From Lama glama (lineage: Eukaryota), in NCBI GenBank assembly GCA_028534125.1, contig CM052818.1:45882001-45946000 (forward strand): DNA of 64,000 nt, given 5' to 3'. The translations under genes and the position numbers were made by a program. This document shows positions 1-12,600 of the stretch, one piece after another (within the stretch, counting starts at the first letter, position 1; each line of letters starts with the position of its first letter). Below the pieces are notes generated by a model, which did no database searches, was not told the DNA's origin, and saw only the letters and a list, made by a program, of their open reading frames with translations.

Positions 1-129
1 ACTATATTATAAGCTGCTTAAGGGACAGAAACTATATTTTAAAAAAATCCCTGATCATCCAGCACGAGGATAAGCATATTATAGAGGATCAACAATCGTA
101 GTTATTCAGGCTGGTAATGACAGTAACCT

Positions 130-310
130 TCTTTCGGCAGTATTCAGTGTTTAAAGTGATCACGTGCCTGAGCTCATTTGATTCTTAAAGCAGCCCTTTG
201 AGGTAGACAGGGTTACACCCATCCTGTAGATGGTGAAGCAAGGTCCAGAGATATTTTCAAAGTCTCATAGCCAGTAAATTTGGGTTGTGAAACCAGGTGT
301 CTTTTTTCCA
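130..310. mobile_element. MIR SINE fragment
   Basis: Core-like text ccctttgaggtagacagggttacacccatcctgtagatggtgaagcaagg. Confidence 0.6.
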
Positions 311-1095
311 AATCCCACATTTGCGCTCCAGGTGGTGACACGGCCAACTTTGAGTATTTCTGTGTGACATTCTGGGTTTCGCCTGTGGCCCCATCATAGA
401 GCAGCCTGGATGCTTTAAATGTGGCAGAGCCATGGCTGGGCTTCTAGTGACAAAAGCTGTCCTGGGAGATGGCTTTTGATTATTCTCTAAGTTGACTCTC
501 AGGCTTAGAGGACACACTGACTCTCAGAACTCTCTCCACATTTTGGTATCCACGTGCTCTTTTCAAATGTCCTTAGTGGCCCTGCTGTGAACGTGCTTGC
601 TCCTGGAGCTTTGCGCCTTCCCCTCCCTGCCCACCTGTCAGAACAGGATGACTACAGTCTCAGGTAAGTCTTGTCAAATACTTGGGACTCATTCCAGACC
701 ATCTCCCTGTTTCTGAAAGGAGGGAGAAGAAGCTATGCCAAGTTGGGTGTCACCTTCTTGCTGGCAACTAGAACCCAGATATCTCACATTCTTTTCTTAT
801 GGCTTCACTGTAAATCGATCATTCCAGTGAAGGCTCAACAGTTGCAACATAGCTATCAGAAATCTCTCAGCTTAGGAACACTGGCCTTAACCTCCAGTAA
901 ACCTCTCTGGCCTGTGACTAACTCTGTGTGGGGTGGAGCCATGATGTGTACTGCCATTTCAAGAAAACGCCCCAGACATGGATGCTGGGAGGCTGTGACT
1001 CTGCTTGCTGGCTCACATTTGCATATTCTCTTCAAAGAAAAGGTGTCTAGTGGTAAAACACCTTCTGTAAAATAATATCCATTTTAAATTGTTGT

Positions 1096-1590
1096 ATATA
1101 TATAATGGAATATTACTCAGCCATGAAAAAGAATGAAATAATGCCATTTGCAGCAACATGGACAGACCTAGAGATTATCATACTAAGTGAAGTAAGTCAG
1201 ACAGAAAGACAAATATCATATGGTATCACTTATGTGTGGAATCTAAAAAATGATACAAATGAACTTATTTACAAAACAGAAATAGACTTACAGACATAGA
1301 AAACAAACTTATAGTTACCAAGGCGGGAACAGTGGGGGATAAACTAGGAGTTTAGGATTAACAGATACACACTACTATCCATAAAATAGATAAACAACAA
1401 GGACCTAGTGTGTAGCACAGGGAATTATATTCAATATTTTGTAATAATCTATGACAGAAAAGAGTCTGAAATAGAATATATATATTTACAAATATATGCA
1501 TGTATGTATAACTGAATCACTTTGCTGTATACCTGAAACTAACACAACATTGTAAATCAACTTTATTTCAATAAAAAAAAATTTAAAAAA
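1096..1590 (+). mobile_element. L1 3' end (ORF2 C-terminus plus 3'UTR, L1MA9/artiodactyl type)
   Basis: ORF MEYYSAMKKNEIMPFAATWTDLEIIILSE is the typical L1 ORF2 end; 3'UTR ends in AATAAA and an A tail at about 1570-1581. Confidence 0.92.
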
Positions 1591-4500
1591 TCATACTCAT
1601 ACTTATAAGAAACTTTTGTAGCATCTCATCACATTTTAATACGAGAGAGAAATTATTCTAATAGATAGGGAGCCAAAAAAGAGGGATTAGGTCACTTGCC
1701 CAAAGTTGACATTTCATTATCTCGGTTATTACACATAGATATACTCACTTTTGTATATCTTTCTAAACCATGAGGCTGTTGATTCCAAGTGTCTGAAATT
1801 TTGAGTTACGCCTGTTGGTGATAATTAGAAAAGGGAAGAACGAGAGGTCGAAAAAAGGAAAGGGGAAAAAATCAGGAGAATTTTGTGACAAGAATCAGGA
1901 AAGAAAAGAAGTAGGAGCAGGTCTTGCAGTTTCCGGATTGTTTGCCATGAGGGGAGAGGGACTGGTGTGTCTTTGGCCTGAAATTATCTTGGGCATAACT
2001 ATGACTGTGTTACTTTGGAGTTGGGACATAATTGAGCATGATTTACTTACATCTCCTTCAATCCTTTTAATAAAAGCTCCTCAAGGCATCACAAAACCCT
2101 AAGCGGCTCTACTCTGGGGCTATTGTGGGGATCAGCAGATGGGGACAGTGACTCTGAGACAGGAAATCGGGGTCTTTTAACACATAGATGGAGGAATGGG
2201 CAAAGCACAAAAAAATACTTCTTAGTATACACGTGATCCTTAATAAAGCAAAACAGATGCACAAGCATCTCATTGAAAATGCGCAGAAGAGAGATCCTGC
2301 CAAGTTTCTGGTGGGCTATGGGTAGCAAGTGGAAATTAACTGTACAAACCTCATTATCACAAATTACATGTGTAAAATCTCCTAAATATGTTTCTTCTTT
2401 GGCAAGTTGCCTATATTTATCTTTGTGAATTCCGTTTTTCACATAGTTTTCAAATGTCTTAACCTCAAAATCTCCTACCCAGCCCTCAATGTATATTTAT
2501 AACAGGTCATCAAGGAAGAATAAAGGTTCTCCTGAGACATGAGAGGACGCTCCTGACAGAGAATCCAGCATGGCCAAGGTGCCCAGTGTGTGTCATGGCT
2601 CGTCCAGAAGCCCCATGGCTGAGATGGAGGGAGCAAGGACAAGGGTGCCCGACCAGAGAAATTGTGTGTGAGCCACACTCTAAGGGCTCCCAGGCAAGGC
2701 CATCCGGCTGTAGGCAGCAAGGAGCCATCAAAGGCTTTGAGCCTCAGAGTGCTATTAGATCTATTTTTGGAAAATAACTGGCAGAGGAATGAGAAATGTT
2801 TGGGAAGGAGAGAGGTGATGATGGCCTAAGCTGGACAGTAGCTATGTCTTTGGAGGATGGGAGGCTGGCCAGAGAGGTACTTGGCCATGGCGCTGCCAGG
2901 GCTAAGTGACTGAGTGATGGATGAGACATTGGAGATGACAGACAGGAGGGCTGGCAATTTATAGCTTGGGTGATTAGTCAAATGGGGCTGTAACTGCAAG
3001 ACAGATCGCACAGAGGGCAAACAGGTTTGGGGTGGAAGCTTGGAGGAGGGGGTTGGTAAGGATATACTCCAGTCATAAATGCTAATGCTTTCTTCTTCAC
3101 AGCAGCATTTGGGTTCCTTAATTCCAAGCTGGCATCTTCAGGGGTTGAGGTCTTTGAGAGACACTGCAGTGAGTTGGAAAAACCCACAGATTCTGAAGCT
3201 AGACTACCTGGGACCAAAATGTCTCAATGTTTTTATTTGGAAAATTATACAGTACCACATCATACGATCATTAAGAGGATTAAAAGGGGCGATTTGTGCT
3301 AAGTGCTTAGGGCCTGGCACATTCTAAGCACTGTATAAGTATTTGATAAGGCCACGGTAGACCGTGGGCAAACGTTATGCCCATTTCGCCCTCTTCTGTC
3401 TTAAAAGTACTTCAATTTGATTCAAAACCAACGTTTGGAAGGCAGACAACTAAGTTCATTCATTGAATAGTCATCATTGCACTGCAGTAACTGATAAGAA
3501 AGCAGGAAACTTTTAAAAATTTTCCCTTTTCCTCATCATTACTTTCATCAAAGGCATTTATTAAACATCTGTTGGATGTAGGGTTCTATATGGAGCCATG
3601 AGAAATGGGTCCCCGTCTCAGAGGCTTCCTGCCTCGTTAGGACAACAGGATAGGCGGGCTAAACTAAGTGCCAAAAACAGGATGTGCTGTAGGTGCTGAG
3701 GAACGGAGCTCCCTGGATGCCTTTTCAGACAGAGAGAGGATGAAGTAGGTTGAGGTCAGGGAGGTGGGAAGCCAGTGGGGGGTCGGGGGGTAGTCCCTTT
3801 ACCTTGTGCCTGGGCTTGGGCAGTGGGGTGTCGGGTGATAAAATGCAGACTCTGAGGTCAACCCACCCACTCAGCTCCACAGGCAGGGGTGAGGAGGGGG
3901 CAGGCAGGGGAGCCCCGGCTACAGTCCGCACGAGCACCCGTCTTGATGAGACGCAGATCCCCGGGCTACACTTTGAGAAAGAAACTGTGGATAGATGGGC
4001 GGGAGAGGGGTTGATGTGTGCAAACTGTGTTTTGGCAGGATGGGTGAGAGGGGAGTGGGAGAGGTGGGGCCCTGCCCGAGGGCCCCAGCAGGGTGACTGC
4101 TTAGGGCACCAGGGACCCTGAGCACAGACCTTCCAGGGGAGACTTACTCTGACGTGGATTTCTAAAGAAAGAAAAGCGAAAATATGGAAACAGGTTTTAT
4201 AATATTTTCTTATCCATTAACATGGTAAAGAACACAGTTTTCCTACTTTTAACCTTGAGAGGTTTTAAATTCAGAGACCACCTTTTTCATTTTAGAGAAT
4301 GTTTACCTTAATCACTTAACCTGAATTAACATGGACCACAATGGTGACAAAAGCTAATTACATTTAAGTAGTATTCTAACTTAAAAATTCCTTTAGGAAT
4401 ATCTGTGAGTCACCCTGTACAACTTAAATATCCATAAAACATGTACTAATTGTTCCAGAAGGAAATCGTTGTTGCAGAGGGCAAAAGGCCAAGTGAGCTG

Positions 4501-6649
4501 AAATACCAGGTTCTTAATTTATAGTCAATAAAAGAACTCTTTTGTAAGGTCTTCTCAAGTCATAGTGTATTATCAGGTAAGTCTGGCACTAAAATCACTT
4601 TATGCTTAAATACTTCACAAGTGCACAAAACAAGGGAACTTACACTAAGGGCTTCTTGAAAACATTTTGTGAGATGTAATAACGGTGTGAATTTACTTAG
4701 CTTTCAAGAATGCAGAGGTACTTTAAATTTTAAAAAGTTACCGGCTACATACTCAAGATAAAAATACACACTTTTAACGATCTGCAATATAGAACTCTAC
4801 AGAACTTTTACAGCTGCCGCACTTTGGAAATTCTATTCAAGGTTTTCCTTGAGACTCAGAAATAATGCTCCTTCTCTCCCAAGCAGCGTAGCTTTCTGTG
4901 TCAACATCGGGTTGACTTAGTACCGCTTTCCCCGCCACCTCCCGCCCAGGTGGCTTTGTGCCAATGCAGGAAAAGACAAATCCCAAGAGATAACAAAGAA
5001 CTACAGACACGCTGCAGGTCAGTGCTCGGCCGCCTTCCTTTGGGCTATAGACGTGCCATTTCTGAGTGGCAGTGACAGGTCTGCCGCTTCCCATCCTGAG
5101 AAATGCTATCCTTCAGTGAGATAAGGCACCCATGGCTCATCGCCCTGTGAGCCATCCTTACGTTCCCACAACAAGGCTGATTGATCCCATGCAAGAGGAG
5201 CCAAAGCTGGCAGGTAGAAGACACTCTCTTTCCTCTTAAGTCTAACGCAGAATCTTAAACTTGTCTAAAGAAACTTATATATTTTTGAAGGATTAAAAAA
5301 ACACACAAAAACCCAAACCAACAAAACTATGTTCAAAATGTATGAGCTATCCCTGTGAATTAATGAACAACTATTTGGGCTAATGTTCTGTATTTTCGGG
5401 AAAAGACGCTCATTATACTTTCACCAATTCAAATTAAAAAAAATGAAGTTTAAAGATTTTGCTTTCATCTACTGTGACCAAACCCTTAACTGCTATAGTT
5501 GTAGATGGAGAGATTTATCTAGACACATTACATGAGAAAACAGGTAAAATGTTCAGTAAGTAGAAAGATGCTTGAGAAATGTTTCACAGCTGTGCTTTCC
5601 ATGATGCTTTGATGATCTAAAACAACTAAGAACATGAGGTTTAACTCAGCCTCAGCACACGTATGCTATATTCGCATGGCCATGAGCTTAGACTGAGCAT
5701 CGAGAGGCATTCTACTTCCACCCCCTGGAAGTATCTGATTTCACACTATTACAATAGTTATTGGATCTGAGACCACGTGAAATCCTCCTTGGTTCTATTT
5801 CCCTTTAGGGTGGTCACCTACATCGTAAAATTATGTTTCACTGCAGTGGTAAGTAATTTATTTATAAAAACAAACAAAAAACCCCAAATAAGATTTATTC
5901 GTAAAAGAGATTCCATCCAAATCAGCACGTATCACAAGTCACTCTAGTGGTAAAAGGTTACTTCCCCTGGAAAGGGAATCAGTTTGAAAAAGATGTGATT
6001 CCTGCTCCTGGCAGGGGCAGCCTGGGAGCCAGGGACTCGCCCCCGGGAGCCCGGCTCCTCCATGCCCTGGGCCTCTCAGAGATACAGGTCTTCCTCTTCT
6101 CCGCTCCCGTTGGCTCTATTGTGCACCCACTGAGGCGCTTAGCCTGCTTATGCCTTTTTTCATAACTGTGGCTTTGCAGTTTAGAAATAGCTGAGGCAAG
6201 TATTCAGGCAGAGAGGGTTTGAGATCACCTACAAGGTACCCTGTATCAACGTGGGTGGGGTGATGGCATCACAGAAGAATGACTGCCCAGCCTACTAAGG
6301 TGCCCCTGAGGCTGAGAGGGACGCAGAAGCACCGCCATGCTCCCAGCAAGGACACGGAAGGCAGCTGGTGCAGCTGAGCGCCAGCGGCCTTGCAGACGGA
6401 CCTGAGCAGGTGGTTCCCATGCTTCACTGTGTGTGTATCAGAATCACCTGGAGGGCTTATTACCAAACTCAACTCTTTATCCAACTGAAGTGCCATTGTG
6501 CTTCAAATCATGGTGCTGAGTCCACAAAATGCACATGCAAATAACTCTGCAGTTCAGATCTTAGGAAAACAATTTTTTAAGTTATAGAAAACACGCTTCT
6601 TATATACCCCCCCCACACACACACACATACCCAGCCCTGAGCAGAAGCG

Positions 6650-7432
6650 TTGCCACCTGTTTCAACAGCTAGTTTCTTTTCGTAGCTGAGCAGTGTTCCC
6701 TTGTGTGCGTGTACCACATCCATTCAACCGGTGATGGTCATTTGGCTTGTGTACCTTTTTTATCTCAAATGAAGTTGCTATGAATATTTGTGTGTAAGTC
6801 TTTGTGTGGAAATATGCTTTTATTTTTCTTGGGTAGACACCTAATAGTGGACTGGCTGAATGATACAGTGGGTATATTTTTCACTTTTTAGAAACTACCA
6901 AACTGTTTTCTAAAATGGTTGTGCCATTTTATATTCCCACCAGCAGCTGGGAGAACCAGTTGCTCCCAATCCTTGCCAACACTTACTATGGGCAGTCTTT
7001 TAAAATTTAAGCCGTTCTAGTGTGTGTGTGGTGGTATTTCCTTCCAGTTTTAACTTGCATTTCCCGAATAACTAATGATGTTGGGTGCCTTTTAAGTGCT
7101 TATTTGTTCTCTGTATATTTTCTCTGGTGAAATGTCTGCTCAAATCTGCCTATTTTTAATGGGTTGTTTGCTTTCTTATTATTGAATTGTAAGAATTATT
7201 TATATAGATACAAGTCCTCTGTCAGATAAGTTTTGCAAATACTTTTTCACACTCAGTGGTTTAAATTTTCATTTTCATAGCAGTGTCTTTTTTTTAACAT
7301 TTTTTATTGATTTATAATCATTTTACAATGTTGTGTCAAATTCTAGTGTTCAGCACAATTTTTCAGTCATTCATGGACATATACACACTCATTGTCTCAT
7401 AGCAGTGTCTTTTGAAAAGCAAAACTTTCTCA
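6650..7432 (-). mobile_element. Old L1M fragment (antisense), interrupted by a younger L1 tail
   Basis: Typical antisense L1 text, e.g. ccattttatattcccaccagcag and actaatgatgttgggtgcc. Confidence 0.85.
7291..7396 (-). mobile_element. Short 5'-truncated camelid-type L1 3' tail with target-site duplication
   Basis: T-tract followed by ttttacaatgttgtgtcaaattc; flanked by TCATAGCAGTGTCTTT at 7275-7290 and 7397-7412. Confidence 0.85.
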
Positions 7433-7434
7433 AG

Positions 7435-7985
7435 AAGAAATAGATAACCTGAATAATCCTATAGGTATTAAAGAAACTGAATTTATAGTTGAAAACCCAC
7501 AAAAAAACCTTCCCCATCCAGACCCAGATGAGCTTCACTACTGAATATTTAAGAAATAATTCTACACAAATGCTTCTAGAAAATAAAAACAGAAGTGAAG
7601 GGGATGCTTCACAAATCACTCAGTGATTATAGCATTACTCTGATACCAAAACTAGATAAATCACAAGAAAGCAAGCTACAGAACAGCATTCCCAATGAAC
7701 ACGGATGCAAAAATTCTTAAAATTTCAGCAAGTCAAATTCAGCAATATTTTAAAAGGATAATAGGTCATGACTAAATGCAGTTTATCCTAGGATGCAAGA
7801 TTGGTTTAACAAACTCAACGTAATCTACCCCATAGTAACTGTCTAAAAGAGAAAAACCATACCATCATCTCACAGATGCAGGAAAAGCATTTGAAAAAAA
7901 CTCAACATTAATCCCCAACGAAGAACTCTCAGTAAGCTAAGGGAGATGGGAACTGGCTCAGCCTCATAAAGAGCATCTATGAAGA
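7435..7985 (+). mobile_element. L1 ORF2 fragment (decayed)
   Basis: agcattactctgataccaaaactag, gatgcaaaaattctt and gatgcaggaaaagcatttga are hallmark L1 RT-region sequences. Confidence 0.85.
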
Positions 7986-8039
7986 CTCGTTTCCTATCAA
8001 TACTAACTCCCTAGGAGAGCTCACTGTCTAAACATATTA

Positions 8040-8640
8040 TTCATATTCTGATAATTCCTACATTTAGGAACGGAATGTAATCCTTTTGACAGAGGTTGGA
8101 TCACATCATTCTTTTGCTCAAAACTGTCCAGTGGCTTCCTGTGACATATTTGGGATAAAAGCCAAAGCCCTTACCATGGCATGAAGGCCACCACTTCCAT
8201 CCTATCTGCTGCCACCCTCCCCTGCGACCACAGCACTCCAGCTGACCAGGACAATTAGCCACGCCTTGAATCCACTGTGCAAACTCCTGCCTCAGAGCTT
8301 CCCCGTGTTCCCTCTGCCTGGAGTGATCTCCCCCTGGGTAGCTATACGGCTTGCTCCCTCAACTATACGTCATACAAGTTGGTCTTGGCTCAAATGTCAC
8401 CTCCCCAGAGGGTCCTTCCTTGACTACTTTGTATAAAATGGCCCACCCTATCACTTATCCCTTACCTTGCTTTCTCTTCACTGCACTTCAGTACCCAAAT
8501 ACTATTTCTTTGTATACTAGCTGCCCCTCGCAATTAGAACAGATCCTTACAGACCCTGTTTACTGCTGTATCTCCAGGGTCTAGAATGTACTTGAAACAT
8601 AGAAGTTGCTCATTATGTATTTATTGCATGAATAAACAAA
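8040..8640 (+). mobile_element. L2 3' portion
   Basis: gatcacatcattcttttgctcaaaactgtccagtggctt, ctcaaatgtcacctccccagag and an L2-like terminus. Confidence 0.8.
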
Positions 8641-8654
8641 TTGTCAATCAGAAT

Positions 8655-9130
8655 GCCTGATTTTCCAGTATTCTCACCAGATGTTATAAACCTTTATAAT
8701 CTTTGCCAATCTAGTATGTGGGAAATAATATCTTCATACTTTGTATTTAATATGAGTGAGGCTGGGTATCCTATTACATTTTTTAGCTTGGCCTTTGTTT
8801 TTCTTTTTTTCTGAAAGCTGTCTTTTCCCTACTGCTTTACAAGGGCTATTGATACATTAAAGGAATGATTCCTTTGTCCACCATATACTACAAATATGTC
8901 TTTCCAGTCTGTCTTTGCCTTTGACTTCATAGTCACATTATCAATCTTTTCCTTTTGGTTTCTGGTGTTGAGAAATCTTAGAAAGTCCTTCCCCATTCCA
9001 AGGTCAGCATAGCATTCATCTTGTTTTCTTCTAATACTTTATGTGTATTTAAAGATTATGATATTTAGATCTTTGATCCATCTGGGATTTTCTTTGGGGT
9101 ATAAAGAGTAAGGAAGCAACCTAGTTTAAA
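8655..9130 (-). mobile_element. Old L1ME-like fragment just downstream of the TAF1B stop
   Basis: ttagaaagtccttccccattccaagg and ctttgatccatctggg. Confidence 0.65.
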
Positions 9131-9428
9131 AAGCAAATTTAGTTTTAAAATACATTGAATACAAATTTCTGGATACCATTTATATAACATTGTTATTTTA
9201 ACAATAGGAACGTTCATAATTAAAAAAATTAACTCAAACAAAGCTCACTTGTTTTCCAGTATACATTTTTATAAGCAGTTTGATACATATATATGTACAT
9301 ATGTGTGTCTACGTATGTATACATATATGCAATAAAATTCTATTCTCACCATTCTCTGGAGTGTTACAATTTGATATTACTGTCACTATTAAAATAGCTT
9401 CCCAAGAAGAGTTTCCACTTCATTTTTC

Positions 9429-9636
9429 TCAATGTTTTCTCACTTTCCTGGATTTTGAAGATTTCTTTTTCGTTTTATTATTATACTTTTTTTTAAAAAG
9501 TCTCTTTTCTATTAAGCTCACTTCTTCATGGAGAAAGGACGTCTTTATTCTTAATAAGAAGGAGAAGAGATTTAGTACAAACCGGTAACTCAGAGAAAAA
9601 TTTGATTCCTCATAGGTTGTCACATGTTTACAGTAG
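9429..9636 (-). CDS. TAF1B: TAF1B exon 15, coding part (208 nt including TGA); basic NLS-like C-terminus
   Basis: ttctag|CTACTG...[75 protein letters not shown]. Confidence 0.96.
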
Positions 9637-12600
9637 CTAGAAGGGAGGAAAAGAAGACACCATCATTTAAACGGTCACTTAGAAATGCCTGCATCTATCC
9701 CTTGAACATCCCCCAATAACTTAACCAATATATACGGTCAGGCCTAAAATAGTACTCTGAGCTGGAAGGGAACTTAGAACAATTTGGAAGGAAACCTCTT
9801 AATTTTGTAAAGGAAAAAATTTTCGGAGTGCCTCTGGCCATGATGCATGAGACATGGGTGGTACACAGCCAGGTCTCATGACTCCTCTTCCACTCCGGGG
9901 CCCACCCCTCTTACCGTGGTCAAGGCGAACCAAAGCACACAGGGAGAGATACTGGACATATTTTAAAACAAACAAAAGAAAACAAATAATCCCCAACTCC
10001 CTCCCCCAAATAAGACACCACACTTCATAATATATGCCCAATTCTGTATGTGCTCTATAGAAAGAAGAGTTCACAAAGCAGTATTTCTTATTTTAAAGTA
10101 GTAGGACCTGAATCTGACCAAATCTCTAAAATGCTAATTAAAACTGCTAACTGTATTAATCTCTAACTGTACCAAGGTATGAGTGGGCCAGGGGACAGAG
10201 GAACTTGTTAAGTGGTATTATGGGCTATAATCAGCAAAATCTAGACTATGGGAAATTGTACAGGACACGCGACCAGGATTTTCAGTAAGTAAACTGCAAG
10301 GGGAAAAAAGAAGAGATAAAAGGGGAATTTATGAACTAAAACACTTAAGGGATATCTCAACCTCCTGCAATCTATGGACTTTATTTGGATTTTGAATTAT
10401 TTTAAAAATTATGTGACAATCAGGAAAATCTAGACATTGGCTACATGTCTGACAATATTAAGGAATTACTATTAGTTTTTTATATCTGATTAATGGTATT
10501 ATGGTTTTGTTTAAAAGAATATTACGATGTACAGAGTTTGCTTCTAAATACTTTGGGGGAGGAGGGGTGAAGGGGCGGGTTGAGGTGCGGGTGAAGCAAG
10601 TCTTGACAGCCGCTGAAGCTGGGCGACGGAGGGTGCGGGGGTTCATTACACTGTGCTCTCTACTTCTGAAGATATGTAATTTTCCATAATGAAAAGGTTT
10701 TAAAAACAAGTAAATAACATAAAGGATATAAACATTTAGATACATACAAAACATATATGGCCCTAATTCCTGAAAGCATGTTTATGTTGCACCACAAAGC
10801 CCTGCCACCCGTCAGTTCTGACTATGGGTAACTACTCGTAGTTCTTCTTCTGTGAAACAGGGAGAAGTAACAGCCTCGCACGATGGATAAGAGGATTGAA
10901 TGAGAACACAGATTAAGCACTTATCCAGTGGTTGGCACACAGTAAGGGCTCAAAATGTTCACTTTCCCAACTTCTTTAAAATTGATCTTTTAATTTTCAC
11001 TTAAAATCTTAAGGCAATTTTAATAATACACAAAAAAGCCAACACCCTACTGTGTGCACCAGTTGGAAATTTAAAAGCCTCAACTGTTTGTTCATTGATT
11101 GGTTTAATGCAAATCAAATATAAGTCATTTATACGAATTCTCACAAATATAGTGGCCTCTTTTCTTCTTTTCTAATTTTTAATTTTAGCTATATTAAAAG
11201 AGATTGTTTCAGATAAAATATTATCTGAAAATATTAAAATTATTTAAAATATTGTTTCTCTTGCCTCGGGACCATAAGGAAAGCTCTATTTCTACAACAG
11301 AAAGATATTAAGAGGTACACAAAGCATTTCCTACAGTAAGGACTTTTCATTTCTAAGTTGAATCATTAACAGTAACTTTTAAGGATTACATTCCCTAACT
11401 TTTACTGTGGGAATATTAGAAAATATAGGTAAGCAAAAAACCCAAAGAGAATGCACACAGTTTGGGGTAATGTTCTGTGTTAAAGCTGAGACATGGTCAG
11501 GCTTCTCTGGTTCTGTGGAGCTACTGGGTGTCATGAAGGAACATCAGACCACTGTACTTTTTCTTTTGTCTGCTTCTGCTTCTAATGCTGGTGTCCTCTA
11601 CTGTCTGTCAAATGAGTATCATTTATGCTTGCTGTCAAGATGCCTATCAGCAGAGCACCTCTCAGTCCCCCTCCTACTCTGTTTCCTTTGATGATTAGGA
11701 ATTTGGAAATCAGACAACTCAGCTTGACAGAAACACACCTCCAGGCAGAGTAAGCAGGCTCTGAGTCGGGGGCTAAGGGGCTTTCTGAGAAGTGTATAAG
11801 CTTTACTCATGGACTTTGTGATATTTTTATTGGTTGGCTTAGGTCTAAATAGGCAAGGTAATCCGACAGACAATTTTGGTGCATAAACTCATGGTATCTC
11901 TGATGCTTCGTCTGTATGGTATAGTGTTAGCCTTATAATTCATGCAGAGAAAAATATCTCAGTTGTTTCATCTCTGACTACACCAACGTCTATTTAGAAT
12001 TAATTGTCTGATATTACAGTATTAAATCCATGAAGAACATCCAGAAGTCCACTGATTGTGCCACGGGAAAAGCATAAAGGTGTAGGCTCCCTGCCAACTC
12101 CCTCAGGACTGACTCTGCAAGTGGGGGAGCAGGGGAGGTCAGAGAAGAGAGGGCCTGTAGGCTCCACAAGGTCTTTGACTTTACTCTGAATGAGATGGGA
12201 GCCACCAGAGGTTTTGAGAAGAAAGGTCTGAATCATAGCCTTTCTTTACAATTGGGGCAACAAAGCTAGAGAGATGGTAAGTAACTTGCCCACACTGAGC
12301 AAGCAGCAGAGCTGGGATATGAACAGCTGGATACATTAACACATCCTCTTAACTACTATGGGAATTTGCCTTATACGCAATTCCTATGTCAATGTGGGAA
12401 TGAGATTAGTATAAAATATATGTTCACAATGAGAAAAGTCTTAATCATCTAAAACTTTTTCCAGCTTTATTGAGTTATTATTATTATTATTAAGATATGT
12501 AAGTTTAAGGTGTATAACATGATGATTTGATACATGTATATATTTTGAAATTGTCATCACAATAAGGCTCATTAACACTTCTATCCCTAAAACTCTTAAA

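Noticed and set aside
671..1075. 134-aa plus-strand ORF
   Set aside because: Starts at TTG, has no recognisable domain, and has the composition of non-coding DNA
10555..10580. G-quadruplex-like G runs (also near 3770-3910)
   Set aside because: Common motif; the 10555 copy lies inside an old L1 3'UTR and nothing suggests function
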